Origin: Octopus sinensis
Taxonomy: Eukaryota
Direction of reading: 5' to 3'
Assembly (NCBI RefSeq): GCF_006345805.1
Contig: NC_042999.1
Coordinates: 54,994,001-55,058,000 of the forward strand
DNA length: 64,000 nucleotides
A program made the translations under genes and the position numbers. Positions 27,101 through 41,379 of this stretch are shown here, piece by piece. The notes beneath the pieces are model-generated. The model saw only the letters and a program-made list of their open reading frames with translations. It ran no database searches and was not told the origin of the DNA. How positions within the stretch are numbered: position 1 is the first letter of the stretch; each line of letters begins with the position of its first letter.

Positions 27101-27344
27101 GAAGAGGGGATACCTAACTACCCCAGTTGGAAGAAAGAATAGCAAAGAGATGTCAGGGCACAGCCTCTCGTATTAAAATAAATTACAAATCATATGCAAA
27201 AACTAACTGTACTGACTATGCCCACCACTAAAGAATTTGTGGTGATGTGTAGAATTATTTCAGTGGTGCAGTATATTATGTCTTTCACCCCAAATTGCAT
27301 GGTACCGAGGAATCTCCCAGGAAATGGACATGCAACTGGAATTG

Positions 27345-27396
<52 letters not shown>

Positions 27397-27619
27397 CACA
27401 TAAAACTTGAACACAGACAATATATGCACACATATGTAACATGCATAGACACATAACTTTCGCCCACAAACATACATTATACACAAATACACTGTTTGAT
27501 CACAAACTGCCCCACTCCTATACACATGTCCATACACATAATCACACATCCATACACACACACACACTTGCCCAGATATGTACTCACTCACCCCCATTTA
27601 CACATACACACCATTCTCC

Positions 27620-27910
27620 ATACACACGTGCTTGCGCACCTTAGTTCATTGGGGTCAACATTACCATTATAATTATTATCTCCCTTTCCTTACATTCTCT
27701 CTTTTCCAGTCATCTCGCCATATTGGACCGTTGAACTCTACACATTTTTCTCTCTCCATTTTTTTTTCCCCTCTTAATTCTTTCTGTCGAAGAGCATAGG
27801 CTTGAAACATAAAAGACTTTTCCAGTCTTCCCAAGTATTAAACTAATACACCTGCTTGTTGTTCCTACACCTGTCTTCGTCTTTTCTTTTCTGTAAATTT
27901 GAACTATATA
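27620..27910 (+). mobile_element. Second copy of the pLTR-type repeat with an HHR-like motif (27779-27816)
   Basis: Aligns by eye with 3690-4008, including the tail ...AAACTAATACACCTGCTTGTTGTTCCTACACCTGTCTTC... Confidence 0.55.
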
Positions 27911-30527
27911 TATGGCTGTGTAGTTAAGAAGTTAGCTTCCCTACCATGTAGTTTCTGGTTCAGTTCAATTGTGTGACACTTTGGCCGAGTGTCTCCAACT
28001 ATAGCCCTAGGCTGATCAAAATCTTGTGAATAGAATTGATTTAACAGAATCTAAAAGATGTCTGTCATTTATGTATGGAAGCACAGGTGCCGATGCCATG
28101 TAAAAAACACCCTGTACACTCAGTGACGTGGTTGGCATTAGGAAGGACATCCAGCTGTAGAAACTGTGCCAAAGTGGAAACTGGTATGGCTCCTGGCCTA
28201 GCCAGCTCCTGTCAAATCATCCAACCCATGCCAGCAAGGAAAACAGACGTTAAATGATGATCATACACACACACATACATATATATAGAGAGAGAGAGTG
28301 GGTGGCCTAGTGGCTAGGGTGTTACACTCACGATTGCTAGATCACAGGTTCAGTTTCTAGATCGGGTGATGTGTTGTGTTCTTGAGCAAAACTCTTCATT
28401 TTACATTGGCCCAATTCACTCAGCTGCAAATGGGTCAACCGTCGAGGGAGGGGTGGGGGCTACTTGCCTCGCCTGTGGAGTGGCATCATTCAAAAGCTAA
28501 AAAAAATGTGAAATGCATTGTGACCAACAGTAACAACATCTGATAGTCTGGTCGATCACATGATATATATATATATTATATATATATATACATATATGTT
28601 TCTTTATTACCCACAAGGGGCTAAACATAGAGGGGATAAACAAGGACAGACAAACGAATTAAGTCGATTACAACGACCCCAGTGTGTAACTGGTACTTAT
28701 TTAATCAACCCCGATTTGAACTCAGAATGTAACGGCAGACGAAATACGGCTACGCATTTCGCCCGGTGTGCTAACGGCTCTGCCAGCTCGCAGCCTAACG
28801 GTTCTGCAGCTCGCCACATGATATATATATAGTGAATACACATGTACAAACATATACATCCAGGTGTATAATATGAGCAGGGGTAGCAAAAGCCCTCCAA
28901 GACTGGGAAAAGAAAAGGAGAAATGAAGCACAATTGTTAGGCCAGCCTCCAACAAAGGACCCGATGCAAGTATTTAAGACAGAGTGAAAGCTTAAAAGTA
29001 GCCAATGTCCAGGTGGCGTTGGCGTTGGACTGGGTTGGCAGTATTACAGAAACAGTAACTTTAATACCTCTGCTATGCCAGAACTGTTTCCAGAAGCAAG
29101 TGCCTAGCTCCAACTATATTTGCCAGTTATGGATACACCATGAAGGAAAGACAAGTTAAACATTTGCAGCATCCATGGAGCTGCAGGGGTTGCCAGATAT
29201 TGGTTAAATATAACTGTACCTGTCCACCTTAGGGCTCCCCACTTTAGATTTTCTCTAAGGGTTTACTTCCTTAACCTCATTTTAAATGCTCAATAAATTT
29301 CCCCATAAAGCAGCAAGAGCCTATTTAGTGGGCATCATTGGTTTATGCAGAATCAGTCGCACTCTCTCCTCCTTCAAACTTGTGTTGGTCTGGGGCAACA
29401 AGTGTCACAAGCCAAGCAGTTATCAAGATGTAGGGCTTGTATAGAGTTACCTTCTCTAAGGTAAGCAGCTAAAGAGCTGGAGAGGGTCATCTGCCCTTGG
29501 TTCATCAGAGTGCCCATGGGTGACCTTTTACGACATGGTAATTTATCCATAGCTGAGATCCTAGCAGGTACCACTACTGCTAACCAGAGTAGATTATTGA
29601 ACAATAACGGCTAAGTTCCACACTCCTCACAATTCTGGACTGGCACTCCATTGGTTATAATGATGCGGGTTCCCATTGATCCAATCAGTAGAACAGAAAT
29701 TAACATGCAAGTGGTTGAACACTCCACAGACATGCATACCCTTAATGTAGTTCTTGGGGCGATTCAGCGTGACACAGAATGTGACATTGCTGACCCTTTG
29801 AAATACAGGTACAATTCATTTTTGCCAGCTGAGTGGACTGGAGAAGAGTGAAATGAAGAGTCTTGCTCAAGGACACAATGCCAGGAATCAAAATCACAAC
29901 CTTATGATCATGAGCCGAATACCCCTAACCCTAAAGCTACATACCCTCACAACCCTAGACCCCGCAAATCAGAATTCCACAACCAGACAATCCATAGTCC
30001 TACCCAGCACAAGCTTAAGTGTATCTCCCAATAAACATTCATTAACTGGGTTGTAAAAAAAAAAAGAGAGATGTGTGCAGTGATAGGTCTGTTATTTAGC
30101 TGCTGCAATTAATATATACACACAGATGTATATCAAGGGTGGATTTAGTAAATGGCAGTTGAAAGACATCTGGTGTGTTGGCTACGTGGGTTAAGAAAGA
30201 TGCTTCCCAACCAAGCAATTTCAGGTTTAATCCCATTACATTCCCAAAAGAATGTAGGTAGGTTGATGCCTGACTAACCCCCACTTTACAAATGAAAACA
30301 AGAAATTCCCTAAATAACAACAACAAGTAAAGAAATGACCAGCCAAGACTTAGCACCTACGGACATTTGTTTGCGAAAAATTGTTGATACACCCAATTAC
30401 GAAGAGCTTAAATACTGGGCGCTGTACCTTTGACCTTTACATGGTCAAAGTAAAAGGATCAAATCCAATAATACCAAAAGCAAGAAAGACACTGTTCCAT
30501 CTTGTGCAAACCTAACAAAAGAGAAAC

Positions 30528-30804
30528 ACATTATTTACATTTGATGGACATTTGTCCTCATCACGGGCAATGGTGTAGTGGTTAAGAGCATGGGCTACTA
30601 ACCCGAAGATTCTGAGTTCGATTCCAGACAGTGACCTGAATATTAATACCTTAGGAATGAGAACCCGGGTTCGAAATTTTGCCAAGACCCCTGATGAAGG
30701 CTGAAGGGTATATCAGCCGAAATGTATTAACAAACAAGATGAGGACAAATATCCATCAAATGTAAATAATGTACATAATTCCTCATCTCTTAAATATAGA
30801 ACTG
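30528..30804 (+). mobile_element. Same tRNA-head/HHR element (locus 2) with a short inverted arm
   Basis: Arm ACATTATTTACATTTGATGGACATTTGTCCTCATC, then head TGGTGTAGTGG...GAGTTCGATTCC, degenerate HHR 30686-30728 and full tail. Confidence 0.8.
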
Positions 30805-30878
30805 AAAAGAGAAACAATTACTTGTTTCCAAAGTTCTACATACATGAACAAATTCTAAACAATAACATAATCCCAAAT

Positions 30879-31346
30879 TTAACCCTTTCGTTACTGTATT
30901 TATATTTGAGATGCTCTGTGTTTCTTTCAATTACTTTAAATATAACAAAGAATTTAGTAAAATCACTTAGTTATCATTCAGGTAGTGTTAGGAACATAAA
31001 TTGTAGCTAAGGTTTGGTGAAAGATTTTAATTCAAAACTTATGAAAACAAGACGTTTGTACTACGGAGCCAGAAGTGGTTTCAGTTGGGTTGGTAATGAA
31101 ATGGTTAAGAATTGTTTATCTATTATATATTTTAACCTTTTTTTTTTTTGTTACCATATTTCTATTGAGATGCTCTGTGTTTCTTTCAATTAATTTAAAT
31201 ATAACAAAGAATTTATTAAAATAACTTAGTTATCGTTCAAGTAGTGTTAGGAACATAAATTGTGACTAAGGTTTCGTGGAAGATTTTAGTTCAGAACTTA
31301 TGAAAACAAGAAATTTGTACTCAGAGCCAGTTAATGAGAGGGTTAA
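30879..31346. mobile_element. Two tandem piggyBac-type MITEs in the opposite orientation
   Basis: TTAA|CCCTTTCGTTAC start, with the same spacer as 10790-11268. Confidence 0.65.
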
Positions 31347-31491
31347 TCAATGAAAAATTTCTTCAATGTACTTTTCCATAACAACTGACCATAAAAAACC
31401 TAATTACCACCCTACCTGGATGCCCCCCCCCCCCCCGATGATTTTCAACTCAACAGAGACTACATAAAGGCAAACCTAACTCAAATGCATC

Positions 31492-31536
31492 ACAGTCTGA
31501 TGACGGGCTAACTGTCCGAAACTTCGAAGTCACTAT
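31492..31536 (+). ncRNA. Minimal type I hammerhead motif with a 10-nt palindromic helix III
   Basis: ACAGU-CUGAUGA-C-GGGC(UAACU)GUCC-GAA-ACUUCGAAGU-C-ACUAU. Canonical core and GUC triplet; helix I has one mismatch. Confidence 0.7.
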
Positions 31537-32021
31537 CAACAACGTGCACATGCAGAGAAACATTTTATGGCAGGGAGATTATCAGCACTGGTGATGGTGA
31601 CATAGGAAAAGCACCCAGTACACTCTGTAAAGTGGCTGGCTTTAGGAAGGGCACCCAACTGTAGAAACCATGCCAAAATAGACTATGGAACTTAATGTGG
31701 CCACTGGCCTTACCAGCTCCTATCATAGAAAAAAAGACATTAAAAAATGATGATGATGATGGCTATTAATATACTATCTACTATTTTATATATGACAACT
31801 GAGTATAGGTTGTTTTCATTGTTGTTGTTGTTGGTGCTAGTCTCTTTGGAACATGAAGGATATCTTTAGTCCCCAGTCTCTTGTGGTGTGTCACAAATAA
31901 ATCAGTGAAACAATGTCATATGTCATCCCTTTTCAACCAATAAGACCCCAACATGGTCGCTTCAAGACAATATGCAGACTAATTGGTTCAGAGGAAATAA
32001 AAGTGAAGTTACCTATCTTTC

Positions 32022-32093
<72 letters not shown>

Positions 32094-34049
32094 GTATGAA
32101 ATAAATATAAGAGAGTGGTCACTATATGGCTCACTCTAGCACTAGTTAATCCAAATATATATATTTATTTATTTAAAGGGTCAACGGATCAGGGATTGTT
32201 GTGATCTAGAGTCACTTACACAACCCTAGAAATTGGGTGACTGGTCCTTACGAAAGCTAGGGCTCAAGAAAAAAAATCTTTATCTCCCTATCCCTTTGTC
32301 TGTCTGTCTGTCTATGGCTGTTTCTTTATCTCTCTGCGGTTCCCTAGTTTCCGGGTTTTTAACATTTGATCTTTAAACTTCCATTTACTTATTTCTTTAC
32401 TATGAACATCAAACATGTGAAGGAGCATGGCTCAGTGGTTAGGGATATTCAGCTCGTGACCATAAGGTTGTGAGTTCAATACCTAATAGTGTGTTGTTCC
32501 CTTAAGCAAGACACTTTATTTCATTTTGCTCCAGTCCACTCAACTAGAAAAATAAGTCATCTTCATCATTTAATGTCAGTTGTGCATGGGTTGGACCACT
32601 CACATTTTGTGTGTCACACTGAAACTTACCAAGAACTACATTATGGGGTACAAAGTGTCAGTGGAGTACTCAGCCACTAGCACATTAATTCCCTGAGCAG
32701 GCTGTTCTGCTGATCAGATCAACTGAAGCACTCCTCGTCCTAATTAACAGAGTGCTCGTTAATTAACATCAACATCATGGGCGGGGAGGGGGGGTTATCT
32801 GTTGGTTTTGTAGCTTAACCCAAGATCAACCCTGATTAACAAGAGCAGTGATCAATAGGCATTCCTACCATAACCACACTGCAGTTTTCTCTCTGTGCAT
32901 CTTTCAGATACGGTATATTTAGAAACACTTAAAACCAATTTGTTTTTAAGAAGGTAAAATGTGATTTGAGGGAGATTTAGCTACTATTTCTAGCAGGCTG
33001 AGTGATTATAAAGAGGTTTTTGTTGTTTCACTTGGAGAGATTTATGAGTTGAAGACACCAAACCATTAGCAGCAAGTGACCCCAGGAATGTGGATATGGG
33101 GTTCTATGATATCAGATGTGTGGGTTTATATGAACTATTTCGGGAACTGGGCTCATCTCTGTCACCAGGGACCATCCCTGCTAAGAATTAGAAACCCTAA
33201 AACAGCAGTTCTCAACCATAGCTCCCAGGGACACATACAGCCCTCAACAGTTTTCCCTCTATAAATATAAATTTTTCTTTGACTTGTATTTTACCTTTTT
33301 AGGATGTGGCCCCTTAAATAAATTCCAGGTTTTGGATCTGACCTAGATATCATCAAGGTTGAGAACCACTGTCCTAAACATAAAGGCGGCAAAAAACCCA
33401 AGTTCTATTCAAGGAGGTTTTATTCCTTATACAGAACACTATAAACTACTACAGATATTTCACACCACCCCAGAGATGAGGAGAGGGGTAGAGTGTATTG
33501 TTATAATTCACAGTATCAACAGAACAAAACTGACTTCTAAATTTACCTGTTGTTTTCACCTGTATAAATTTATGGTTTTTCACCTGAAATACTTTTTCTC
33601 GATTTGTGCCTTACAAAACAATATTTCACATACACTTGTCCATACATTTTTGTTGCTTTATTCTTTTATTGCCAACTGAAATCATTAGTCATCCACCCCG
33701 ATCTTTACTCTCTAATTTCTACACCCCATACATCCACTATTTGAAATCATAGTTGTGGTCAGAGCAAGTGGCACATAACAGTATCTGTGCCAGTGACATT
33801 AAAGCACCCATGCTAGTGAAACATAAAGGACATTCAACCATAGAAACTAAACCAAAGTCAGACTGGACCCTGGTGCAGCTTTTAAGTTTGCCAGTTCCAG
33901 TCAAATTGTCCAACCCATGCTAGCATGGAAAGCAGACGTTAAATGATATTCAATCCTTGCAAGGGTCAAATGGAATTTAAAAGATTTTCTACGGTTAAAT
34001 ACCCTTTCAGGGAACCATATTTTACTCGCATTTCATTTTGGCTTGCTTT

Positions 34050-34286
34050 CTACAATCGCATGCCTTTTCTGGCACCATCACTAGAGAGGTTGTCATGAAC
34101 CTCGGCAAGACCAAACAGCTGCCTCCACTCGATTTCCACCACCACTTCACAGAGTATGCAGGATGCATTGCACCAAAGCAGCGCTACTAGAGAAGAGATT
34201 GTCTCAACATCCTTAACAAGACTAACAGGTTCCTCTCGATTGCACACCATCTCTAGGTACCAGCACTTGGTGTGTTTCATTCGATC
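34050..34286 (-). other. Candidate exon, phase-compatible with 36730-36918
   Basis: ttacag| acceptor; frame-0 ORF DRMKHTKCWYLEMVCNREEP...GARKGMRL*; non-repetitive and GC-richer than the flanks. The + strand also has an open frame here, so the strand is uncertain. Confidence 0.25.
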
Positions 34287-34596
34287 CTGTAACTTTAAAA
34301 GGTATTCATTCACTCAAGGCTATCTCCTTCACGTTTCTTTACATAATGATGCTTTCTTGTTAGTAAAGTTGTATTTAATTCAAATCTATTGATTCGCTTT
34401 ATCAATTATGTCAGCACCTACTTCACTGTTAATTTTAAATGCTGATGGTGTCCCCAGTATTTCTCACTTCTCAATCATTCAAGATGGTGTTTGTGTGTGT
34501 GTGTACATGTATGCTTGCATGCACATATGGGTGTGTGTGTGTGTGTATGTATGTATATGTGTACATATTTGGTTGCATGCACATATGGATGTGTGA

Positions 34597-34638
<42 letters not shown>

Positions 34639-36729
34639 TCAGCAATCACTGGACACTATTGCGTCAACTCCTAGAACTCATGAGTTCAGTTACCTGATTC
34701 CATGGAAAATACGTGACTGAGACCTGAACCCCCATCCCCACCCCCATCCTACCCCTGAAAGAGACATCAGCCCATCGCAAGGTCAGGCATTTACTGCAGC
34801 AATGTGGAATGAAGTGTTCTGCTCCAGAACACGATGCACCACCCAACCCAGGAATTGAAATCACCATCCTGCAAATGTGAACACAACACACTAACCCACT
34901 AGGCCATGCATGAGTGTGCGTATGAAAATTCTCACAGTCACTGGAGCATGAGTCTGTTATTTGGTCAGTGACCAACTCAACAGTAAAATTCTACCTCATC
35001 ATTTAACGTCAATTTTCCATGCTGGCATGGGTTGGATAGTTTGGCTGAGGGCTAGCGAGCCAGGAGACTGCACCAGTCAGCCATCCGATCTGGCAATGTT
35101 TCTACACCTGGATGCTCTTCCTAACACCAACCATCTGAGAGTGAAGTGGGTGCTTTTTACGTGCCACTGGCACGAATGCCAGTCAGGCTGTACTGGCATC
35201 GACCACGCTTGAATGGTGCTTTTTACGTACCACCGGCATGGGACTAGTTAGGCGACACTGGCATCGACCACGCTTGAATGGTACTTTTTACATGACACCA
35301 GCACAGGAGCCAGTCAGGTGGCACTGGCAATGATCATGCTCAAATGGTGCTCTCAGAGTGCCACCAGCATGGGACAAGTCAGGTGGCACTGGTGGACAAA
35401 TCTGCTTATGCACATGTAAATATATAACCATGTGTGAGTGTGTGTATACATGTCTCTGAGTGTGTGTATGTATGTGTCAACATGTTGATGCATCTTATAG
35501 GTTGTGTGGTAAGAAACTTGCTTCCCAACCACATGGTTCCGGGTTCAGTCCCACTGCGTGGAAAGAAAGAAGTAAACTGAAAGAAGCCCATCGTGTGTGT
35601 ATATATATATATATATTTGCTGCATCTGTGTTTGACAACCAACGTTTGTGTGTTTATGTCCCTGTAACTTAACATTTTGGCCTAAGAGACTGACAGAATA
35701 AGTACTAGGCTTACAAAGAATCAGTCCTGGGGTTGATTTGTTCAACTAAAGGCGGTGCTCCAGCATGGCCACATTCAAATGACTGAAGCAAATAAAAGAA
35801 TATAGGTGTATATATTAATGTGTATGTAAAAACGTGTGTGACTGTCCATGTGAGTATGTTTGTGTGTGTACATGTATGTATGTGTATTCATGTATGTGTA
35901 TGTTTATATGTCAATGCATTTTCTCCAAAAGCGTATGCATTAATGTGTATGAATATACACATGTGCAATGCGTGTATATATATATATGTGTGCGTGTGTG
36001 TGTGGGTAGGTGGGTGTATGTGTGTGTGTGAGGCAGTCCATGTGAAAATGTGTGTACATACATGTGACTGTGTGCATGTGTTTGTGTGACAGTCCATGTG
36101 AGAATGTGTGTACATGCATGTAAGTGTGTGTGTGCAACAGTCCATGTGAGAATATGTACGTGCATGTGTGTGACTGTCCATATGAGACTGTGAGTACATG
36201 CATTTACACAAGAGAGAGAGAAAGACAAAGAAATTGGAGGGGAGGTGAAGGGAGTAGGTGTTGTGTGGCTGCACAGGAGATTGAAAAGTTTGGAAAATTT
36301 TACATAAAACTTGGAATGTATGCCATATTACATCATATTCATCATCATCATCGTTTAACGTCCGTTTTCCATGCTAGCATGGGTTGGACAGTTCAACTGG
36401 GGTCTGGGAAGCCAGAAGGCTGCGCCAGGTCCAGTCTGATCTGGCAGTGTTTCTACGGCTGGATGCCCTTCCTAACGCCAACCACTCCGTGAGTGTAGTG
36501 GGTGCTTTTAACGTGCCACCTGCACAATTATTAATTAATATATTCTAAAAGAAGGAAAGAAAAATTAATTAATACATTCTAAAAGAAGGGAAAAAAATTA
36601 ATTAATACATTTTAAAAGAAAGAGAAATAAACAGAACTATACAATTGATTAGAAATAAATAAAAAAATAATTTCAAAATCGAAATTTCAGTTGCATTAGT
36701 TGAAGAATTCAATGAAGCTAAGAACTCAC

Positions 36730-36918
36730 CTTTACAAATACTTTGCTGTAGAATGTGAGGGTGATGGAGAGGATGGTAGAATTTACTAAGCACTGACAAA
36801 CACATTTTAATAACATAGTCTTTTGTGAAGAATTTGCCACAGACATTTGCTCACATGCCAATGGAGATTCCTCCTTTGAGGGATTCCTTACCATACTGCA
36901 GACAATGGTTATTCACAA
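36730..36918 (-). other. Candidate exon of an unidentified minus-strand gene (possible start-codon exon)
   Basis: Strong acceptor (tcttttgtttttcttttcag|) and consensus donor (AAG|gtgagt). 24 nt of leader, then ATG opening MVRNPSKEESPLACEQMSVANSSQKTMLLKCVCQCLVNSTILSITLTFYSKVFVK, phase 0. No family recognised. Confidence 0.35.
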
Positions 36919-38814
36919 CTGAAAAGAAAAACAAAAGATTCAATTATGAGGGAAAAGTCTTAACTCGTTAAGCATTCACATTATTCTATCCAATGTTAGG
37001 AATCAATCACATATTATCTTCTAAGCTTCAAGGTTTTCATGATGCAATAGTTTATTTTTAGAATGGCCTTGTAGGATAGGTATGAGAAGCCAGATATGGC
37101 TGGTAAAGTTTTAAATTGCTGCTACAAAATACATCGAAATAAAATAGTAGAATCCACAGAAACTAGTGATTGGTCAGCATTGGTAGGTAACAAATACAAG
37201 TAGCTTGTATAGCTGTGTGACTAAGAAATTTGCTTCCCAACCACATGGTTCCAGGTTCAGTCCCACTGCACAGCACCTTGGGAAAATGTTCTCTACTATA
37301 GCCCGAGGTTGACCAAACCTTGTGAGAAGACTTGGTAAACAGAAACTAAAAAGAATCCTTTCTTGTGTGTGTGTAGGGTGGGTAAGGTTTACAATTGTGC
37401 TTCCTTTGTAAATTACTGACCAACAAGTGGTGACATTGTTATCATTACCCCTGTCAACAAAACATCTTCTGGCTTTGTGCTTTTAAATACATATGCAATA
37501 AAAGATCCCTTACTTGTGAAACAGGAAGGGTGCCTAACCATAAAACAATGCCTTGGTAATCATCTAATCCATGCTAGCATGGCAAAATGAATGTAAAGGA
37601 AAACATATAAACAAAAAAGTCTGCAAAGTGGAATAAGTTATTTTGGTACACACAAGAGAAGGGGGCTAAAGTCTCAGCATTAGGGTCTTTTAAGGATTTT
37701 TCCTCTTCATTATGGCAAAATAATTAACTTCACTTTGTGAACATTTTGTAACAAAATATCAAATCCATCCACCTTTTTTGCCCATTATTCCTGGGAGGGT
37801 CATGGGGGGAGAGTCCTTAGACACCTCTTCCATTGGCTCCTCTCAGAAGCAACACTTAGCTGGATTCCCAAGCAAGAACAACTAAGACCATCTCATTCTT
37901 GGTTTAGCCCTTGGTCTCCTGCCAGTTGACTTACCTTGAAGAATCCATCTTGTGATTCTTACCTACAGCATTCTGGTATCAGAAGAATTCTTTTTTATTA
38001 TTTTACCAGTTTCCTTCATTTATTCGTTAGATTTACAATTAATAAAGATCAGCCGCAGTGTTTGAAGATTCCCAATTTTTTTAGCAAACATAAAAGGATG
38101 ACAGGTAAAGTCAATCTGGATGAGGTATAAGCTCACTATGTCAAGAAATCTAACAATCAAGCATGAAAAGCTAATTTGTCTGTGATGCTCTACTGATTCT
38201 GCTACCTCTCACACACACACACAGACTCTCCCTCACTCTCTGCCTCTCTCTTCTTTAATATCTTGTGTGTGTGTGGTTTTGTTCATCATAACTTGAAAAA
38301 TGGAAACTTGTTGACATTTAAAAATATTCAGACATTCAGATGTGCTACATCATCATCATTTAACGTCCGGGTTGGACAATTTTGACTGAGGTCTGGTGAA
38401 CCAGACTCCAATCTGATCTGGCAGAGTTTCTACCAAACATTGGAAACTAGAAGTAAATGGAAATAAAAGAAGTTTTGTTACTGATCCAATCAATAAGGTT
38501 GTGTGCTCGCTTTGCAACCACGAGATGGCAGGTTCAAGCTCTACCATGCAGCACCTTAGGCAAGTGTCTTTGGCCACAATCCCTGGCAGATCAATGCCTT
38601 GAGATTGAATTTGGTAGATGGAAACCTATCATAACATCATCATCATCATTTAACATCCATTTCCCATGCTGCTAAGCCAGAGAGCTGCACCAAGTTCCAG
38701 TTGGATTTTGGCTTGGTATCTACGGCTGGATGCCCTTCCTAACATGCCTACCACTCCAACAGTGTAATGGGTACTTTTTACATGCCACTAGCAACAGCCA
38801 CAACTATGTATGTA

Positions 38815-38878
<64 letters not shown>

Positions 38879-40512
38879 TATATATATGTATGCATGTATG
38901 TGTATGTTTGTGAGTGTATGAATGTATACTCATGCTAGCATGGAAAACGGACATTAAATGACGATGATGGTGACGATGTGTTTATGTCATTGTTCCCACT
39001 CCCCTCCACCATCACCACTGTTTGACAACTGGTGTTGGTTTATTTACATTCCTGTAACTTAGCAGGTCAGCAGGAAGAGACTGATAGAATAAGTATCAGG
39101 CTAAAAGACAGTTACTGCAGTTGATTTCATCAACTAAACCCTTCAAGACAATGCTCCAGCATGGCCACAATCCACTGACTTAAGTTAGTAAGAGATAAAA
39201 GATGAGCAAATATCAGAATGACTGGGAGGGGGGGGGATACCTAGGGACGCCTGCTGCATGAAGCATTAACAGTAAAGTGGGTAATAATACAGTTGGCACA
39301 ATAAACCGATATATTTTAATCAACTAACTTCACACTGTCAGCTATCTTGCTTGCTGTAGCCATCATAACTAAGACCATGCTGGAGCATCTCCTTCGTTGA
39401 TGAGAAATAAACCTCGTTATCTTAATGACCAATTATAGATCCTACCTAATCATTGCAAAATTTTGTAGTAGTGGTTGCACTATGCTTGCTTTGTTGATGA
39501 GGTTTAATAAGACCTAAACATGTTCAGAGTTGTCACCATCACTTTCATTCTTTCATTACATTCTATATTTAATTAATTTTAATTCATTAGAAAGAACTGA
39601 ACTGGAGGGTTGTATCCGCTGCCCTTTTGTCATCAGAATCGGTCATTAAAATAGAAATAATTTGTGACTTTTCACCATTCGTTCAGTTTGTATAGGTGGA
39701 CAAGCAGAGACAAACAAGTGAACGCATGAATATTAACACAAACAAATGCAGGTTCAAACAGACACATGCTCATATGCATGATATAAACATACACACACAA
39801 TGCAGGCCTCTACATGCACACACACACACACAGTTATATGAACATACACACACTAAAAAATTGTAGGAACAAACACATGCTCATGCACAAGGAAACAAAC
39901 ACACACATATCCAGACCTGTATACACACACACACACAACACACAAATATACAATGGACACATACACACACAAACACTCACACAAACATAAAGACCAGTAC
40001 ACACACACACAAAACCTCACACAAACAAAGACCAGTACACACACACACAAACCTCACACAAACATAAAGACCAGTACACACACACACACGCACAAACCCT
40101 CACAAACATATGCATTCACGTGCAGACAAATATACAAAACATACACATGCAAACACAGACACATACATAGTCACACAAACACACACGCACATGTCCACAC
40201 ACGTGTATACACACACACAACCGTATGCTCCTATGCATAAGCACACACAAAACATGCTTACAGACACATGTGAAGACACACAAACACACACACATTGATA
40301 TACATTGGTACACATGGACACACACACACAGACTGCTTTGTTTTAGATTCTAAAGTGACCAGCTGTTTGAAATGATCAATGTGTCCTTTTTTTACTATTA
40401 TTTATCATAAATCCTTCGAACAATATAATTTGAGGTAGATTTGGCTGTTATTTGTAGCAGGTGAATGTGACTCCACAGAAGCTCCCAGGCTGGAATTATA
40501 TTGTATAAGAAA

Positions 40513-40816
40513 CTAGCAGTATCGCCCGGCATTGCTCGGGTTTGTAAGGGAAATAGCTATATAAGCATTTTTAGAGAGTTACTTCCCTTATATAAACCAA
40601 GCGAAAATGCATTAAAAATGCAGAAAAATTATGGTAAATTTTTTTTTAAATCGTAGACTCATCGTAGACGCGCGCTAATACCCAGAAGGGCTCGATATGA
40701 ATCACAACTATAAGATACTCGCTTTTGGTTAAACTGCACCGCAAAATGTGGGAGTAGTTAGGAATCTAAATCGGAGTAGACAGACACACACTCAACTTCA
40801 GTTTTATATTTAAAGA
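40513..40816 (-). mobile_element. Non-autonomous Helitron (family A)
   Basis: Same termini as 5221-5617, reverse-complemented. Confidence 0.85.
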
Positions 40817-40874
40817 TGACAAGTGGCAGAGCACAAAAGAACATTGAAAAAGAAGAAAAAGAAGTAAAAAGAAC

Positions 40875-41279
40875 TGTAGTGACACTACTGTGTAAGGTTC
40901 AGCACACATGCGCAGAATTGGATTGCTTCCGGTTAGCCACCAGAAGTTTCCTCATGCACATGCGCAGGAACTGCAACCTGAAAGCTTGACCATGAAATCA
41001 GCCTTTCTGGCAGAGCAGCGCTAGCGATTGGACGTGGCTCGACTTCTCTCAGGGAAAACCCTACACACAGAGAAGCTCTCACTTCGAAGCAGGAATGAGC
41101 ACCGTATCTTCTTGGCTCACACGAGTGAACATTGTAAACAGTCCTGTGGACTCGGCTGCCGGTTTCCCTACAAAAAATACATATGTATATGTTTTACCTG
41201 TGAACCGCAGAATAAACTACTATTGTTGTTATTGAAGACAGCCTGACTTTGATTCCGTTTCTTCAACTTGTATGTAACA
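40875..41279 (+). mobile_element. Solo LTR
   Basis: TGT...ACA termini, about 405 bp, AATAAA near 41205, flanked by AGAAC/AGATC (5-bp TSD with one mismatch). Confidence 0.6.
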
Positions 41280-41379
41280 AGATCAGACCAGACACCCCTC
41301 CAGTGTTCCTGAACTCTCATCCTGTTACAGAATCAACAGAAAATTAAAATAACTGTGGTGAGATATTGCAGATAATCCA

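Noticed and set aside
28950-29350. Possible degenerate Penelope GIY-YIG region (CKCLTC-like motif on the minus strand)
   Set aside because: Too many stops and frameshifts to support by eye.
29502-29508. Minus-strand CTGATGA
   Set aside because: No GAAA or compatible helices downstream.
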